Assembly: GCA_965113315.1 (NCBI GenBank) | Contig: OZ220370.1 | Length of the DNA: 64,000 nt | Strand: one strand, 5' to 3' | Source of the DNA: Podarcis vaucheri | Taxonomy: Eukaryota | Shown: positions 13,974-26,459 of the stretch, piece by piece | Layout: each line of letters begins with the position of its first letter | Position numbering within the stretch: position 1 is the stretch's first letter | Translations under genes and position numbers: made by a program | Notes under the pieces: model-generated | What the model saw: only the letters and a program-made list of their open reading frames with translations | Told to the model about the DNA's origin: nothing | Database searches by the model: none

Positions 13974-14594
13974 AGATGTTCAGTTGCTTTCTCAGGGTAT
14001 GCTTTTAATTTTAGGTTGGCCGTCAACTGATAGGACTTGTGTGTGTGTTTTAATAGTTACATTGGCCCTGCCATGCTTTCAACTTTTAATCCCTGATGTG
14101 TGCTCTGAGCTTCTTTTCCACAAGGATCTGGGTTATTCATGTTGAAAGTGTAACAGCAGGGATCATTCAGTGTGCAGCTTAGGGATTAATTTTGTGGGTG
14201 TAAAAGTGAATTAGCCAAGATGGGACAGGTGGAGGTGTTGCTTAACAACCAGGCAAAGTGGCATGATGGCCAGCTGCGTAGTTACGAGGGAATTCCCCCC
14301 CCATGTGTTATTTGAACACCTGCTAGGCATAAGACTTGAACTAAGAAAGGCAAAATCCTCTCTTCCTTTCTCCTAGAATTAAACATGCTTTGGGTTTGTT
14401 TGTTTCATCATCTAGTCTTCTAGCTGCTGGTGCTATTACTGTTTATTCAAATAACACCAGCAATACATGGTATTTAATAAAGTGATATATTAATATGGAC
14501 AGGTCCCTACCCAAGAGAACTTCTAGTCTATGTTCTATCCACCTTTCTTCCAAAAACTTTGGACTAATGCACATGCCCCCCCCCGCCAAATATA

Positions 14595-14737
14595 TTTTCA
14601 CAGCCGTGTGATGTAGGTTAGGTTGAAACATAGGTGACTTCCCTAAGGTCATCCATGGATCTCTAAGACTGAGCAGAGATAAGATTTTGGGTGCCCCTGT
14701 CCAAGCCTAGTAGTCAGTCCCATACACCATGCTGCTA
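14595..14737 (-). mobile_element. Old Squam3/CORE-like SINE remnant
   Basis: gtgacttccctaaggtcatcc and tacaccatgctgc resemble the 7401-7660 element. Confidence 0.55.
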
Positions 14738-15744
14738 CTCTCTGACAGGTGGGGAGAAGGATGGTCATTGGTTTCAGTTCAGGATGGTAAATTAGATCTT
14801 AAGAAGTCTTCATGGAAAATGTTGGGCTTGGGAAGGGATTTGAAGGAAGACAGAAAAGAGGCAACATGTAGTTTTGACAGAATGGAGTTTCAGACATGAG
14901 GGCAGATAGGAGAATACATAGTTGCTTAGGAAAGCTCTTGAGAGTAGTAGGGCTAGAGGTCACAGGCTTTGAAATTTGCTTCCGTCTTAACTACAGACTT
15001 ATTTGCAACAGTGGCTTTGTTCAAAGAATGAATTTATTACCTGAGCTTGCCAAGCACCACCTCTTGTTCTGAGATGCATTGTCTACATGTTCAGGCCTCC
15101 AAGCCATTTTGTAGCATTGCTTCTAGTTCTGACTCTCTGCCTATCTTCCTCCTCCTCCCTTTCTCTTTTTGTTGTTGACACACTTTATGTGTTTTGGGGC
15201 TTTTACCTTATCCTTTCATCTCCCTTTCCCTAGGCTATGCTTATTTAACTCTCTTTCCTCAAATTTAATTTCCTTCAAGCTCTTTATCTCCCGCCACTCT
15301 TTCTCTTTATTGATTTCAGTACACCAGTGTGTCACGTTTGAGGTACTCTGAAACGGATATTATAGGAATGAAGAAAAGATGTTGGGGGGGGGGGAAGTAA
15401 ACTTGGGATGTGTAACTAATTAAAAGTATTACAACTTTTTATTACAGATAATAGACAATAACATCACAGATACACATTACGAAGCTCAATTGAATGTCAA
15501 AGTTGCTTATTTGGACCAGTATTTAGTGCAAATTATCATGAAGATGTGCTCCAAATGATAATTAGATAGCCACAGCTAGCTCTAGATGCTAGGTACCTTC
15601 ATGCCAAGTTCGAAGACAACCAAAAGCTTTCAGGATAACTATTGTAACTAAAGTCCACGGATCCCAAGTCCACAGACTGCTGCTTTCAGGCATGTTACTG
15701 ATTCTGTCCTCTGACAGTTTTGGGGATCAGTAAGCACCCCAAGA

Positions 15745-16108
15745 GGGACACGGGTGGCGCTGTGGGCTAAAGCCTCAGCGCCTAGGGCTTGCCGATCGAA
15801 AGGTCGGCGGTTCGAATCCCCGCGGCGGGGTGCGCTCCCGCTGCTCGGTCCCAGCGCCTGCCCACCTAGCAGTTCGAAAGCACCCCCGGGGGCAAGTAGA
15901 TAAATAGGTACCGCTTACCAGCGGGAAGGTAAACGGCGTTCCGTGTGCGGCTCTGGCTCGCCAGAGCAGCGTTGTCACGCTGGCCACATGACCCGGAAGT
16001 GTCTGCGGACAGCGCTGGCCCCCGGCCAATAGATGTGAGATGGGCGCACAAACCCCAGAGTCTGGCAAGACTGGCCCGTTCGGGCAGGGGTACCTTTACC
16101 TTTACCTT
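15745..16108 (+). mobile_element. Full-length young Sauria SINE
   Basis: Intact CpG-rich head with ggttcgaatccc, (ACCTTT)n tail, TSD taagcacccc at 15731-15740 and 16109-16118. Confidence 0.95.
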
Positions 16109-16799
16109 TAAGCACCCCGAGTGCCCTTGCTATTCACCAGTCTGTTCTTGCTTTCTGGTGCCTCTCCCTGACAAAGTACTGTGCCCACTTTGGCCTTTTG
16201 TAGATGCCTTGTTAATGTGTTATGAGTGTGAGTTACTCATGTTGCCATTCTTCGAGGTCCAGCAACTTTCCTGCGACTTCCAGAAGTTATATCTCTGTGT
16301 GGGAGGTGGAAGCATCTCAGCGCTAGTGCACATGCATACGAGTCATGTGTGAACACTGATGTGCTTATGCTTATCTTTTAAATAAGTGGAATGCAGGTCT
16401 TCTGTGGCACGCAGAGATGACTCAGGCAGTGGATGCAATAATTTGTCAGTGTCATCTCCCAAAATGAGTTCTCAGCTACCTCCATGGTTTACCAAGGTGC
16501 TTGGAGTGATGAAAGCACTGCCGTTATTATTACTCAGCGGCAGAGAATAAACAGTATTTCATTGTATCCCTCATTGCATCCTTGGAGTGTAATCTGGTTT
16601 CATGAGAAGTGTGGAGCCTACTTTCTTCTGGTTTGGAATATTTGAAGGTCTGCTGTGACATATCTTTTAAACCCTTGGAGGATAAAAATCACCATTTCTG
16701 CTCCAATATATATATGCTTCAGCTGGAATAATTATGTTTTCTAGAGCACAGAATGGTCCATCTTTGTGAGATGACTCAGTTGTTGCAGCCAGAGGATGT

Positions 16800-17150
16800 A
16801 GACATATTTCTTATATAATTGATTTTTGTCTTCTTGGCTCATAAGTGTTACTAAGAGCTATTTGACCGGCTGGGCCCAGGAGATGATTAACACCTCCCTG
16901 CAAGAGATGGCAGTCATATGGCCACTCCTCAAAAAATCCTCTCTGCAGTGCAATAGCTATTGGCCAATCACAAATATGGGCAAGGTACTAGAGCGAGTGG
17001 CGGTTGTGCGACTCCTGTCTCTCTTGGCAGGCAATGATCTTCTAGGCCCATTTCAATGGGGTTTTAGGTCCAGCTTCATCATGGAAACCACCCTGATGGA
17101 TGTCCTGTGCTGGGAGGGAGACAGAGCAAGTGTAACATGAATTTTCCTTG
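16800..17150 (+). mobile_element. L2 LINE RT remnant
   Basis: ORF 16826-17140 PLLKK...YWPITN.GKVLERV...PFQWGFR...ETT corresponds to the L2/CR1-group NYRP..N..KVLER..DPFQSGFR..TETAL segment. Confidence 0.75.
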
Positions 17151-17199
17151 AGCCTATTTCCAGGTGGTGCTTTTGACAAGGACCAAAAAGCCTTAAGGT

Positions 17200-17355
17200 G
17201 GGGATGGCCTGTAGCTCAATGTGCATTGCAGGCAGAAGGTCTGAGACTCAACCCAGGGCAGCTCCAGGTAGTGCTGCGAATGTCCACTGTCTATAGTGTG
17301 GAAGAGTCGCAGTAGACAACACTAAGCAGAATGGACTAATAGTCTGACTTAGTTT
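17200..17355 (+). mobile_element. Degenerate tRNA-derived SINE
   Basis: tgtagctca A-box-like start, gcagaaggtc, and 3' gtagacaacact...tggactaatagtctgact. Confidence 0.5.
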
Positions 17356-19312
17356 GAGTCCTAGGCTCTCCCTGAATGCTGCCTGAATTCTGAAATCTTC
17401 CAATGATTTCTCTCAGGATACCACTGGAGAAAGGGCCTTTTAATCTGTGGGACCCTGGTAGTGGATCACTCTCCACAAACAAGCCTGCCTGCTAGCACCC
17501 ACCAGGTTAAGACATCAGGTTAATGCATTTTTATTCTTTCAGACACATTAGGTTGCTGTCTTATATACACTGATTGGAAATAAGGCCCATTGAATTCAGC
17601 CGAGATCCCCCCCCCAGTAGACATGCCTAGGATTGCATGTTTAATGGGTTTCCATTTTAAGCACTGGTCATGATTGTTTTCCACCCTGCTGTTTTATCTG
17701 GTTTGATGGTTTAATTCCATCAGGGTTTATTGATTTTACTTATTTTATTGTATATTTTATAGTTGCTTTTGGTTTTTAAGCACCCTAGGGTAAGTTTCTG
17801 GATATTAAGCATTTTGCTGCCCTGGGTTCCTTTGGGAGAAAGGGCAGGAGGGACACTGAATAACCAAATGTTTATGAAGAGCAGTGTGTCTGTCTGTCTG
17901 TCTGTCTGTCTGTGTGTGTAGGTGTGGATACTGACCAAAACATTAGTGTCTCACATTGAATGCAACTTGTGCTACTCAAGAAAATATTAATAAAAACAAA
18001 TTTAAAAAGATATATATATATAATATCACTATAAAGCTGAAAATAAAAGACTAAAGATCTCTATGCCAGGGACATTAGCCTCTATACCACTGACTTGAAT
18101 ATAGCTGTCATGTCTGGAAATTGTTGAGGCATAGAATTTGGCAGACTTCCAAAGAAAGGGAATTAGAAAACCACGGAGACTGACTTTCTTTTCTACATAA
18201 CCTTGTAGAGTTTTATTTAATTTACAGATCCATGGATTCATGGTCTGGAAAGCATGATCCTCCTGCTCCCACCCCGCCCCCCACCCTTGCCTCTCTCTGT
18301 ATACTTACCATATATTCAGTATTTTATAACAGATATTGAAGTCTGAACAAAGGAATTCTTATTCCAGGTGGTGAAGACAGGTACCATCAGAGAAGCAATG
18401 GTGGGGGAATCAAAAACCTGAAACCAGTCTTGTATATCCATTAGGTACCTCAACAATCTATTTCTGACTAATTTCAGTCATGGGGAAGAGAGTGCTGCCT
18501 CTGACTTGGTACAACCTGGTTTTTTAGAAGCTTGTGGAGACACTTCCAAGTTCACCTCGCCCCCCCCCCCATCCACTTATTATCTTAATTGAGCACATGG
18601 GATTGATTTTTGCAAAAGCAGGCCTCCCTTGAAAAGAATTCTAAGCTGTCTCTCAGTGTGATTATGGCCAGGAAACCATGCTTCAGCTTCATAAAAAATG
18701 TAACGCAATGCCCTAACAGGAAATGCTCTGTCAGATACTAGCTCTCAGTCTGGGGGTTTGATGCCAACTCAGCACTGGGTTTTGGCACTAAAAAGAAAAA
18801 AGGAAAGGAAAAAAAAAAGGTTCTATAGAAGGGTATAAAGCTGGGGTCATGACTTTATTTGTGACACTGGTCTCAAAAGGACTTTGTGCGTGCAACCAGG
18901 GGGATGTCAGTTTTCCAGGAAAAGAACGGCATTTTTTTGTGATTTTGCCAAGAAAGCTCAGCAACGTTTCTGTACGGATTTTCATTGAAATATGGCAACC
19001 CTAACCAATTTCCATGCTGAATTCCTTCTCCAGTTAGGGACATGCCTTAGGAAGGCCACTTCTGCATGCTCATACCTGCTGGGATGGATCAGGGCACTAT
19101 ACCTGAAGGTGGCCTCTTCTTTTTCAAATACTGGTGTTTGGAGCAATTCATACTACACTTTCAAATTCAGCTCTTTTCTATTTTGGAACTTCAGATTAAG
19201 TCATACAAGGACACTTTAGACATAAATTTCACCTGTTCCTTATCAGCTCCTGGCCCATACTTGTTGAAATTATTTAATGTTACAAAAAGGATGTTTAATT
19301 GTAATTGTATTA

Positions 19313-19521
19313 CAGTGGTACCTCGGGTTAAGTACTTAATTCGTTCTGGAGGTCCGTTCTTAACCTGAAGCACCACTTTAGCTAATGGGGCCTCCTGCTG
19401 CTGCCGCGCCGCCGGAGCACAATTTCTGTTCGCATCCTGAAGCAAAGTTCTTAACCTGAAGCAATATTTCTGGGTTAGCAGAGTCTGTAACCTGAAGCGT
19501 ATGTAACCCGAGGTACCACTG
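19313..19521. mobile_element. Tc1/mariner-type MITE
   Basis: TIR cagtggtacctcgggtta / taacccgaggtaccactg, TA on both sides; three copies in the window. Confidence 0.92.
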
Positions 19522-19970
19522 TATATTCAAGTTACTGTGGATAAAATTTGAGTACATGACTGAAGGCTTGCATTTTTCCACTGCAAAGGTGGGGTGAGCT
19601 AAGTTTTATGACTGAGTCACATGTTTTGGCGTAGTGTTTCAAAGTGTTTACTTGTAAAGTAGCACACACCATCCACATGCTCTCCTTGCCACGGGTGCAA
19701 GGCACGGGTGGGTGGGTGGACTGCCAACGCAGTTCCTTGCCAAGGGCGCAAGGGAGCCCAGGTATACCACTGCAAATCAATTGTGAGCTGAAGTGAGCTG
19801 GGGTCAGTTGTGAGCAGCTGCGACCGGTCTAAAGAGGCAACCAGGAAAATAAGGCAAATATATGCAGTTTTCTGGAATTTAAAATCAGCCAGTTTCCTCC
19901 CTCCCCAACACACTAAAGAATGAGCACCCATGTGCATCCAGATACACTACTCGATCTTAAAAGAATAGAT

Positions 19971-20204
19971 CAGGGGTCAGCAAACTTTTTCAGCAGGGGG
20001 ACTGTCCACTGCCCCTCAGACCTTGGGGGGGGCCAGGCTATATTTTTTTTGGGGGGGTGAACGAATTCCTATGCCCCACAAATAACCCACAGATACATTT
20101 TAAATAAAAGGACACGTTCTACTCATGTAAAAACTGTCTGTGGGCCGGATTGAGAAGGCGATTGGGCCGCATCCGGCCCCCGGGCCTTAGTTTGCCTACC
20201 CATG
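19971..20204 (+). mobile_element. hAT MITE with 8-bp TSD
   Basis: Ends caggggtcagcaaact / agtttgcctacccatg; TSD gaatagat at 19963-19970 and 20205-20212. Confidence 0.9.
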
Positions 20205-21210
20205 GAATAGATGGATGGCAAAATAGCGAAGCTAGGACTTTCTTTTCCGTCTCCCTACCTTTTTTTTTTTTTTTTGAAGAAAGTCCAATTTGTTTAATTA
20301 GAACTTAATTTTAAGCAAATATGCCCAAATCTGCAAACACAAACTACTGTTAATCTAAATGAGGTCATCTACAGACACTTAACTTTCAATTTTTTGATTC
20401 TTGGATAGGCTATGATGTCATAGTGAGGGTACGAAGATTATACCTTCCCCCTCGAACTTAGCTTTACATTTGTTAGACAGTATGTGTATTGACTATATAC
20501 CTATTTCTATCTAATTTCTCACTGCATTTCAGATGACGGTGATCATTAATGAGCAACATGAGCTCCCCACCTATAAGGAAATGTTGTTGTTTTATAAAAA
20601 GAACTCAAGCGAGTTCAAGTGCCGGTGAAGCAAGAAACGGAGCGGCGGTGCTAAATCTGCCCTCTTCCCTCTGCCCTCCCTACCATTCTCCATTTGTCCC
20701 ACTTTCCTTCCACATCCAGCCCATACAGCTCATGCTGTCTTTGTAGACAGATTTCTGTGTATCCACATAGACTGGAAGTATATTATACTGCTATTTTCTT
20801 CTGGCCACCTCCAAAAAACATGTTTTTCCATGTTCAAACCATGCATCCTTCAAATAGACGTGCATCCTCCCTTGACAAAAATGGCATCACCTCATGTTCT
20901 ACTTGGCAGAGGGACAAACTGCCACCTCCCTTCTGCAACAGAAGCCGGTTAAAAGCCACATTTAGGAGACTGAATAGCCAAAAGGGACACTAATGATCTG
21001 TTCTGTGCATATTTACTCAAAAGCAGGGCCCCCTGGGTTCAATGGGGCTTACTCTCCAGTAACTGTGCATAAAATCGCACCCTTTTAAATCTGTTGCGCA
21101 GAAACCATTTGTTCATCGTTCGTCCTGTTTCTGTTTCTCATTCAGGAATGAGGTTTGTGAATCCATTTGCTGGAAATCCTGATTAAGTCAGAAAAGCAGG
21201 AGAATGAGAA

Positions 21211-21244
21211 GCTCGCCCTCTGGTGGGTCAACGCAGGAAGCGCA
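21211..21244 (-). promoter_or_regulatory. Reverse-oriented extended CTCF motif in a CpG-enriched unique segment (candidate HS5-1-like enhancer)
   Basis: Minus strand reads tgcgcttcctgcgttgacCCACCAGAGGGCGagc: CTCF core plus an upstream TGCxxTxCC module. Confidence 0.55.
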
Positions 21245-21520
21245 TCGTATGCAATAATTAGATTCACGTCAGAAATCAATCGAAAACAACGCCAACCTTT
21301 CAGTGCTTTGCTAAATTAATTCTGTTTAGAAAAGCTGTTTATTCGTGACCCATTTATATATTTATTTATTTATCTATAAGTATACATAATATATTGAACA
21401 AAAGGCAACTGCTGATTTCCATCCAGCCATTCATAAAACACTTTGGGGGACTTTATTTAATCTCTCTTTCCTTCCTCTGAAAAATTCTAATCATATGTGC
21501 TCTTTGTATAACAATTCAAC

Positions 21521-21527
<7 letters not shown>

Positions 21528-21563
<36 letters not shown>
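21528..21563. repeat. (GT)n microsatellite
   Basis: Direct reading. Confidence 0.95.
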
Positions 21564-21567
<4 letters not shown>

Positions 21568-22815
21568 AATGGAATAGTTCAGTCCCTACTATCATTGCCC
21601 CCTTAAATTGTAAAGTAGAAACCAAGTATAACTACAGTCCAAAATTCTAGTATCAAAAATATTGTGGTTTGAGAAAATAGTGAAGGAGCATATTATCCTT
21701 CCTGCAAAATGTGAAAATCACAACTTAAGGCACTTGTGTTAATTTCCATTAAAATCCTTTATCCCCCCCTAAAAACAAAAAAACAAAAACAAAAACCACC
21801 CACCCACTTTCTACAGTCCCTCACACTGTATTAGCTTACAATTGATCCTCCATGTCCTTTCCCTCGGTCTTTCATCTCTAGTCTTCTCTCCTACTCTGCC
21901 AGCTCCTGATCTTTGCTCACCCAACTCCCTAAAGGGTTACTACACACACCTGTTCAGTAGCTTGTCTGAAATGCCCAAGTTAACAACACAGGGTGAGCTA
22001 TAATGGTATATAATCTGCCCATCAGAGCACATTGTTTTTTTTAAGCTCAAAATTTAGATTTATTTAAAAGAACATAACATTGCGGTTAATTTAATAAACA
22101 AACAAAGCATCATTTCTAACATATAAATGTGACCTAGATAGTAGAGAGGGCAAGTACTTTTTTTTCTTACTTTCACAGAAGATCCATTTTAGGAAGCAGT
22201 AGCACTTGAGGTAAATCAAATGCTTCTTCCTGGCAGAAGAACAGCATGAACTTCAGGAAGCTAGCTAGCTGCACCTGAAAACAGCAGACTGGAAACAAGG
22301 CTAGATATCTGAGACAATTGACTCCAGCAAAAGGACTATTTTCTCTGCTCACAGTAACTCAACATATAGTAGTGACCTCCAGGAAGGAGAAAACATTGGG
22401 GTTTGAGAGCAACAAATAGTTCAGACTCTCTAATTAATATGATTTTTTCTATTATTTAACCCCACCTCCCTTTAACAAGGTTCTTCCCATCTTTACATGG
22501 GCAGAGACATGCCTGTTAGGATAGCCTCTAGACGTAGCGCAAGGCAGGCAACACACACAGCCCTCTGACATCTTAACTGGAGCAACTGACAGATAGGAAG
22601 GAAGGAGCTAGACCAGAATGTCAATGCCAGTGGTACTGAATGTTGCAGAGAATGCAGGAGAATCAGGGAACCCAACTCATCACAAGTTGTCCATTACAGA
22701 AAAGAAGGCAGTTTCTTTCTCAAATCTGGGCCAAACACTAAACTGGAAGTATTCAGTATTTATTGAGGAATGCCTGGAGCTGGGTCACCCTTATTGTCTC
22801 ACGCCTTAAAATCAG

Positions 22816-23066
22816 AATAAAAAAATTCCTTCCAGTAGCACCTTAAAGACCAACTAAGTTAGTTCTTGGTATGAGCTTTCGTGTGCATGCACACTTCTTC
22901 AGATACACACAAGTGTATCTGAAGAAGTGTATCTGAGTGTATCTGAAGAAGTGTGCATGCACACGAAAGCTCATACCAAGAACTAACTTAGTTGGTCTTT
23001 AAGGTGCTACTGGAAGGAATTTTTTTATTTTGACTATGGCAGACCAACACGGCTACCTATCTGTAA
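22816..23066. mobile_element. Penelope-like terminal-repeat element in inverted (palindromic) arrangement
   Basis: 93-bp arms 22816-22908 and 22937-23029 are reverse complements; TSD cttaaaatcaga at 22805-22816 and 23067-23078. Confidence 0.85.
22939..22976 (+). ncRNA. Minimal type I hammerhead ribozyme motif
   Basis: gtat-CTGAAGA-a-gtgtgcatgcacac-GAAA-gc-TC-atac: stem I gtat/atac, catalytic core, stem II hairpin, vestigial stem III. Mirror copy on the minus strand at 22869-22906. Confidence 0.8.
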
Positions 23067-23453
23067 CTTAAAATCAGAGTAGGCCAATGGTGGCATTTAA
23101 AGTAAGGAGTTTGCCACCACCTCCTCCAATATAGGTGGACATGACTCTCTCCTAAAGAAGCATTTGCCACTAGTCCAAATATTCAGCCCTTTTAAAAAAC
23201 AAATTATATGGTAGTGTGTCTTGCAACCAAACCATAATGGATGTTAGAACTGACATTGCATAGCCAAAATTCTCAGAGCTTAATGCCAAAGAAATAAAAA
23301 GAAACACATATTCAGGTGCAAACTTAATCAGATCCAAGTGTGGAACAGAACGCTGACTTATATGTGGTGGGATATGTTAATTCGGTGCTATTGAAGGTTG
23401 ATTTGTGTGCTGAAACAACAGTTATGTACACAACACTGACTTTAAGCATCACA

Positions 23454-23803
23454 GCGGGCGGCACTGTGGGTTAAACCACAGAGCCTAGGACTTGCCGATC
23501 GGAAGGTCGACGGTTCGAATCCCCACGACGGGGTGAGCTCCCGTTGTTCAGTCCCAGCTCCTGCCCACCTAGCAGTTTGAAAGCACATCAAAGTGCAAGT
23601 AGATAAATAGGTACCGCTCTGGCGGGAAGGTAAACGGCGTTTCCGTGCGCTGCTATGGTTTGCCAGAAGCGGCTTGGTGATGCTGGCCACATGACCCGGA
23701 AGATGTACGCCGGCTCCCTCAGCCAATAAAGCAAGATGAGCGCCACAACCCCAGAGTTGGTCACAACTGGACCGAATGGTCAGGGGTCCCTTTATCTTTA
23801 CCT
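23454..23803 (+). mobile_element. Sauria SINE
   Basis: Same head, core and tail as the other copies. Confidence 0.9.
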
Positions 23804-23815
23804 TATATGTCTATA

Positions 23816-23907
23816 ACAAAATAAAAAAATTCCTTCCAGTAGCACCTTAGAGACCAACTAAGTTAGTTTTTGGTATGAGCTTCCATGTGCATGCACACTT
23901 CTTCAGA
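23816..23907 (-). mobile_element. Penelope-like terminal-repeat monomer, hammerhead core mutated
   Basis: Homologous to 22816-22908; TSD tatatgtctata at 23804-23815 and 23908-23919; GAAA core reads GGAA. Confidence 0.85.
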
Positions 23908-24949
23908 TATATGTCTATATGCAACATAACTGCCTTTTAAAAACCATGTGCTACCTAAAAGTTAAATCCTCTCCTCTCTTTACATGCATTCAGTCTCCAC
24001 TTCCTTTACTTCTGAGATGCCTTTTTCATCGCTTGGAATCTGGAATTACGAAACTGTTGGCAGGTTTTTCTCGACTGATGATGTCAGGCAGGCTACATGG
24101 AGTGTAAGCATGCCATCTGGTGGTTGAAAGGAAATAAGAAAAAGGAAATAAATGATTTGAGTAAATGCACTGATATAATCCCATAAAAGTGGTGCTGGAC
24201 TTTTAGATGGGGCTATCTTGCACCACACCCATAAGCACCTTGGGCTTTTTAACCCAATAGAATTTTTCCTGGTAAGACTGTTGAGAAATGTGTTTTCCTG
24301 GTGAAACAGAAAAGCAGCAATAAGCCTCAGGTCCATTAATTAATGAAGCCTCCAGGCGAAGGAAAAGTGTTTAAACCTAGGCAATCTCACAAGGGAATAA
24401 GCCCCACAGAACACTATGACGCTTGAGATATGCACAAGTTGTGCTGCAATTCCCAGAGCTCTCTTCCTTAGCTGTACTGAGAGGGAAAAGATTGCCTCTA
24501 ATGCAAAACACGCTTACTAGGGCTGCCTTTTCTTTCTCTCTCTTTTCTTTAATATATTTTTAATAGAACTTTGAAACATAAAAAGCAAACAAAAATATAT
24601 TTTTAAAAAGTTACGTGAACTATATCATAACAACATAAAATACACAAAAGTAAAGAAATGAATGGCAGAAAGCAAATTAGAGCAAGACCCATTTCTGCCA
24701 CAGTGTGCAGACTTTGGCAAACTGGCCACAGACCATGAACTGGGAACAGCCATTCTGAAGCCGTGGGAGCAAATAATGGCTGCAGGACCCAGGAAGCCCC
24801 TGCAGAGGGCCATGGCATGGCCACGTAAGTTGGTCTGCTCTGGCACAAACTGTGCATGCTAAAACACATCTACATACACGTCCACTTAGTTGCACCCTGG
24901 ACTTCCACAGTTCCAGCAACAGCAACTTGACAATGTGGCAGCTGTCTGG

Positions 24950-25209
24950 GTGCAGATCTACACTCATGGTTTTTAACGCTAAAAAAGAGATAAGGAATGG
25001 TTCTGATAACCATATAGCCAGATGACATTCATTTTTAATGTTAATACTGTAATGTGTTATTGAAATGTGACACCAGAGGGCGCTGTAGAGAAACTAGCTA
25101 TCATAAACCAGGTAGGAAAGGAAGTGAAAATGAAACCAAATGGGACTTTTTCTGTCTTGGAGTTTTAGTTTAAATAACTAATGTTTAAAACGTTAGTGTA
25201 GATCCAGCC
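24950..25209 (+). mobile_element. PIF/Harbinger-like MITE carrying a CTCF motif
   Basis: Inverted ends gatctacact / agtgtagatccagcc; internal acaccagagggcgctg at 25070-25085; homologous copy at 53825-53996. Confidence 0.65.
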
Positions 25210-26208
25210 TTGGTCTGAACAGCTGGATTACCATCTGGGTGATGTGTGGGGCCTCCACTGCCATGGTCCATTGTGGAACTAGTTTATGTAGTAGTTTAAT
25301 AAGATTATAATATGTCTCAATAAATAGAAGCTTCTGCAGATTGACCATTTATAATTTTTGATCTTAAGAGAATTGCTGGTTCCAGATTTAGTCTGGTGCT
25401 AACTACAGTAGACTGCTTTGGGGCTATTTTATCGCTTTGTTGGGACATCTGGTTAATGGTTTGGCATCTGTACTACTGGGGGGGTGCACAAGTTTATGTC
25501 CTGGGGTACAATAGAAAGGACCAAAGGCAATAGGACTCTCTGTCCTATTGTCAATGTTGAACGAATTAATGACATAGAAGCCTTTCTAGTTACCAGGCAG
25601 TAGTCCACTGTTCTTGCTCCCTAGTGGGTCATGAAGGCGAATTCTCCCATGACACCCTCTGGGAGGACCCCATTCAGGATTGTAATTGCAAAGAAGCTAA
25701 ACAATAACTAGCAAAATCTATTTTTTGATCTTTGGGTGATCTAGATGGAAAACAACCAGGAGAGAAGTAATAATACTCCTTAACCTCCAACTAGGTGTAT
25801 AAATCATCTTGTCATGCCCTCCACATATGAAGTCCAAGAGCTGACCAAGATGAAAGCCAAATCCATTTGTGCAATGTGTAATAGACGAGGGAGGTCCGCT
25901 ACAAACAAGAGTGGGGCTCCCACTGACATTGCATCTCAGCCCAAGTGAGAAAGCCCCAAAATAACAAGCAAGTTCAGCAGCAAGGCAAGTAAGTCAGTGC
26001 AGACCAGGAGCGTTGGCTCCTAGGGCTGAGCCCTTTTGGTTCCCCTATATTTTGGGGGTAGTGGCCAGCCCCCCCCAATGTCCCAAAAGCACAGAGCTTT
26101 GGGAAGGAGTCAGGAGGGCTCCAGCATCCTGCCAGAGCCCTGGCACCTCTTTCCAAAGCCCGGGAAACTTCTGCCTGGCTTAGGAAAGGAGCCGTGATGC
26201 TCTGAAGG

Positions 26209-26459
26209 CATGGGTAGGCAACTTAAGGTCCATGGGCCAGATGCGGCCCAGTCACCTTCTCAATCCGGCCCGCGGACGGTCCGGGAATCAGCATGTTTTT
26301 ACATGAGTAGAATGTGTGCTTCTATTTTAAATGCATCTCTGGGTTATTTGTAGGGCATAGGAATTTGTTGAATTTTTTTCTCCAAAATATAGTCCAGCTC
26401 CCCGCAAGGTCTGCGGGACAGTGGACCAGCCCCCTGCTGAAAAAGTTTGCTGACCCCTG
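26209..26459 (-). mobile_element. hAT MITE (same family as 19971-20204)
   Basis: Reverse-complement homology; flanking duplication ctctgaagg at 26200-26208 and 26460-26468. Confidence 0.9.

Noticed and set aside
15745-15840. tRNA gene
   Set aside because: The A/B boxes belong to SINE heads; no complete cloverleaf.
22816-23029. miRNA hairpin, CRISPR-like array or TIR DNA transposon
   Set aside because: The arms occur elsewhere as single monomers with variable 11-15 bp TSDs, indicating a retroposed repeat.
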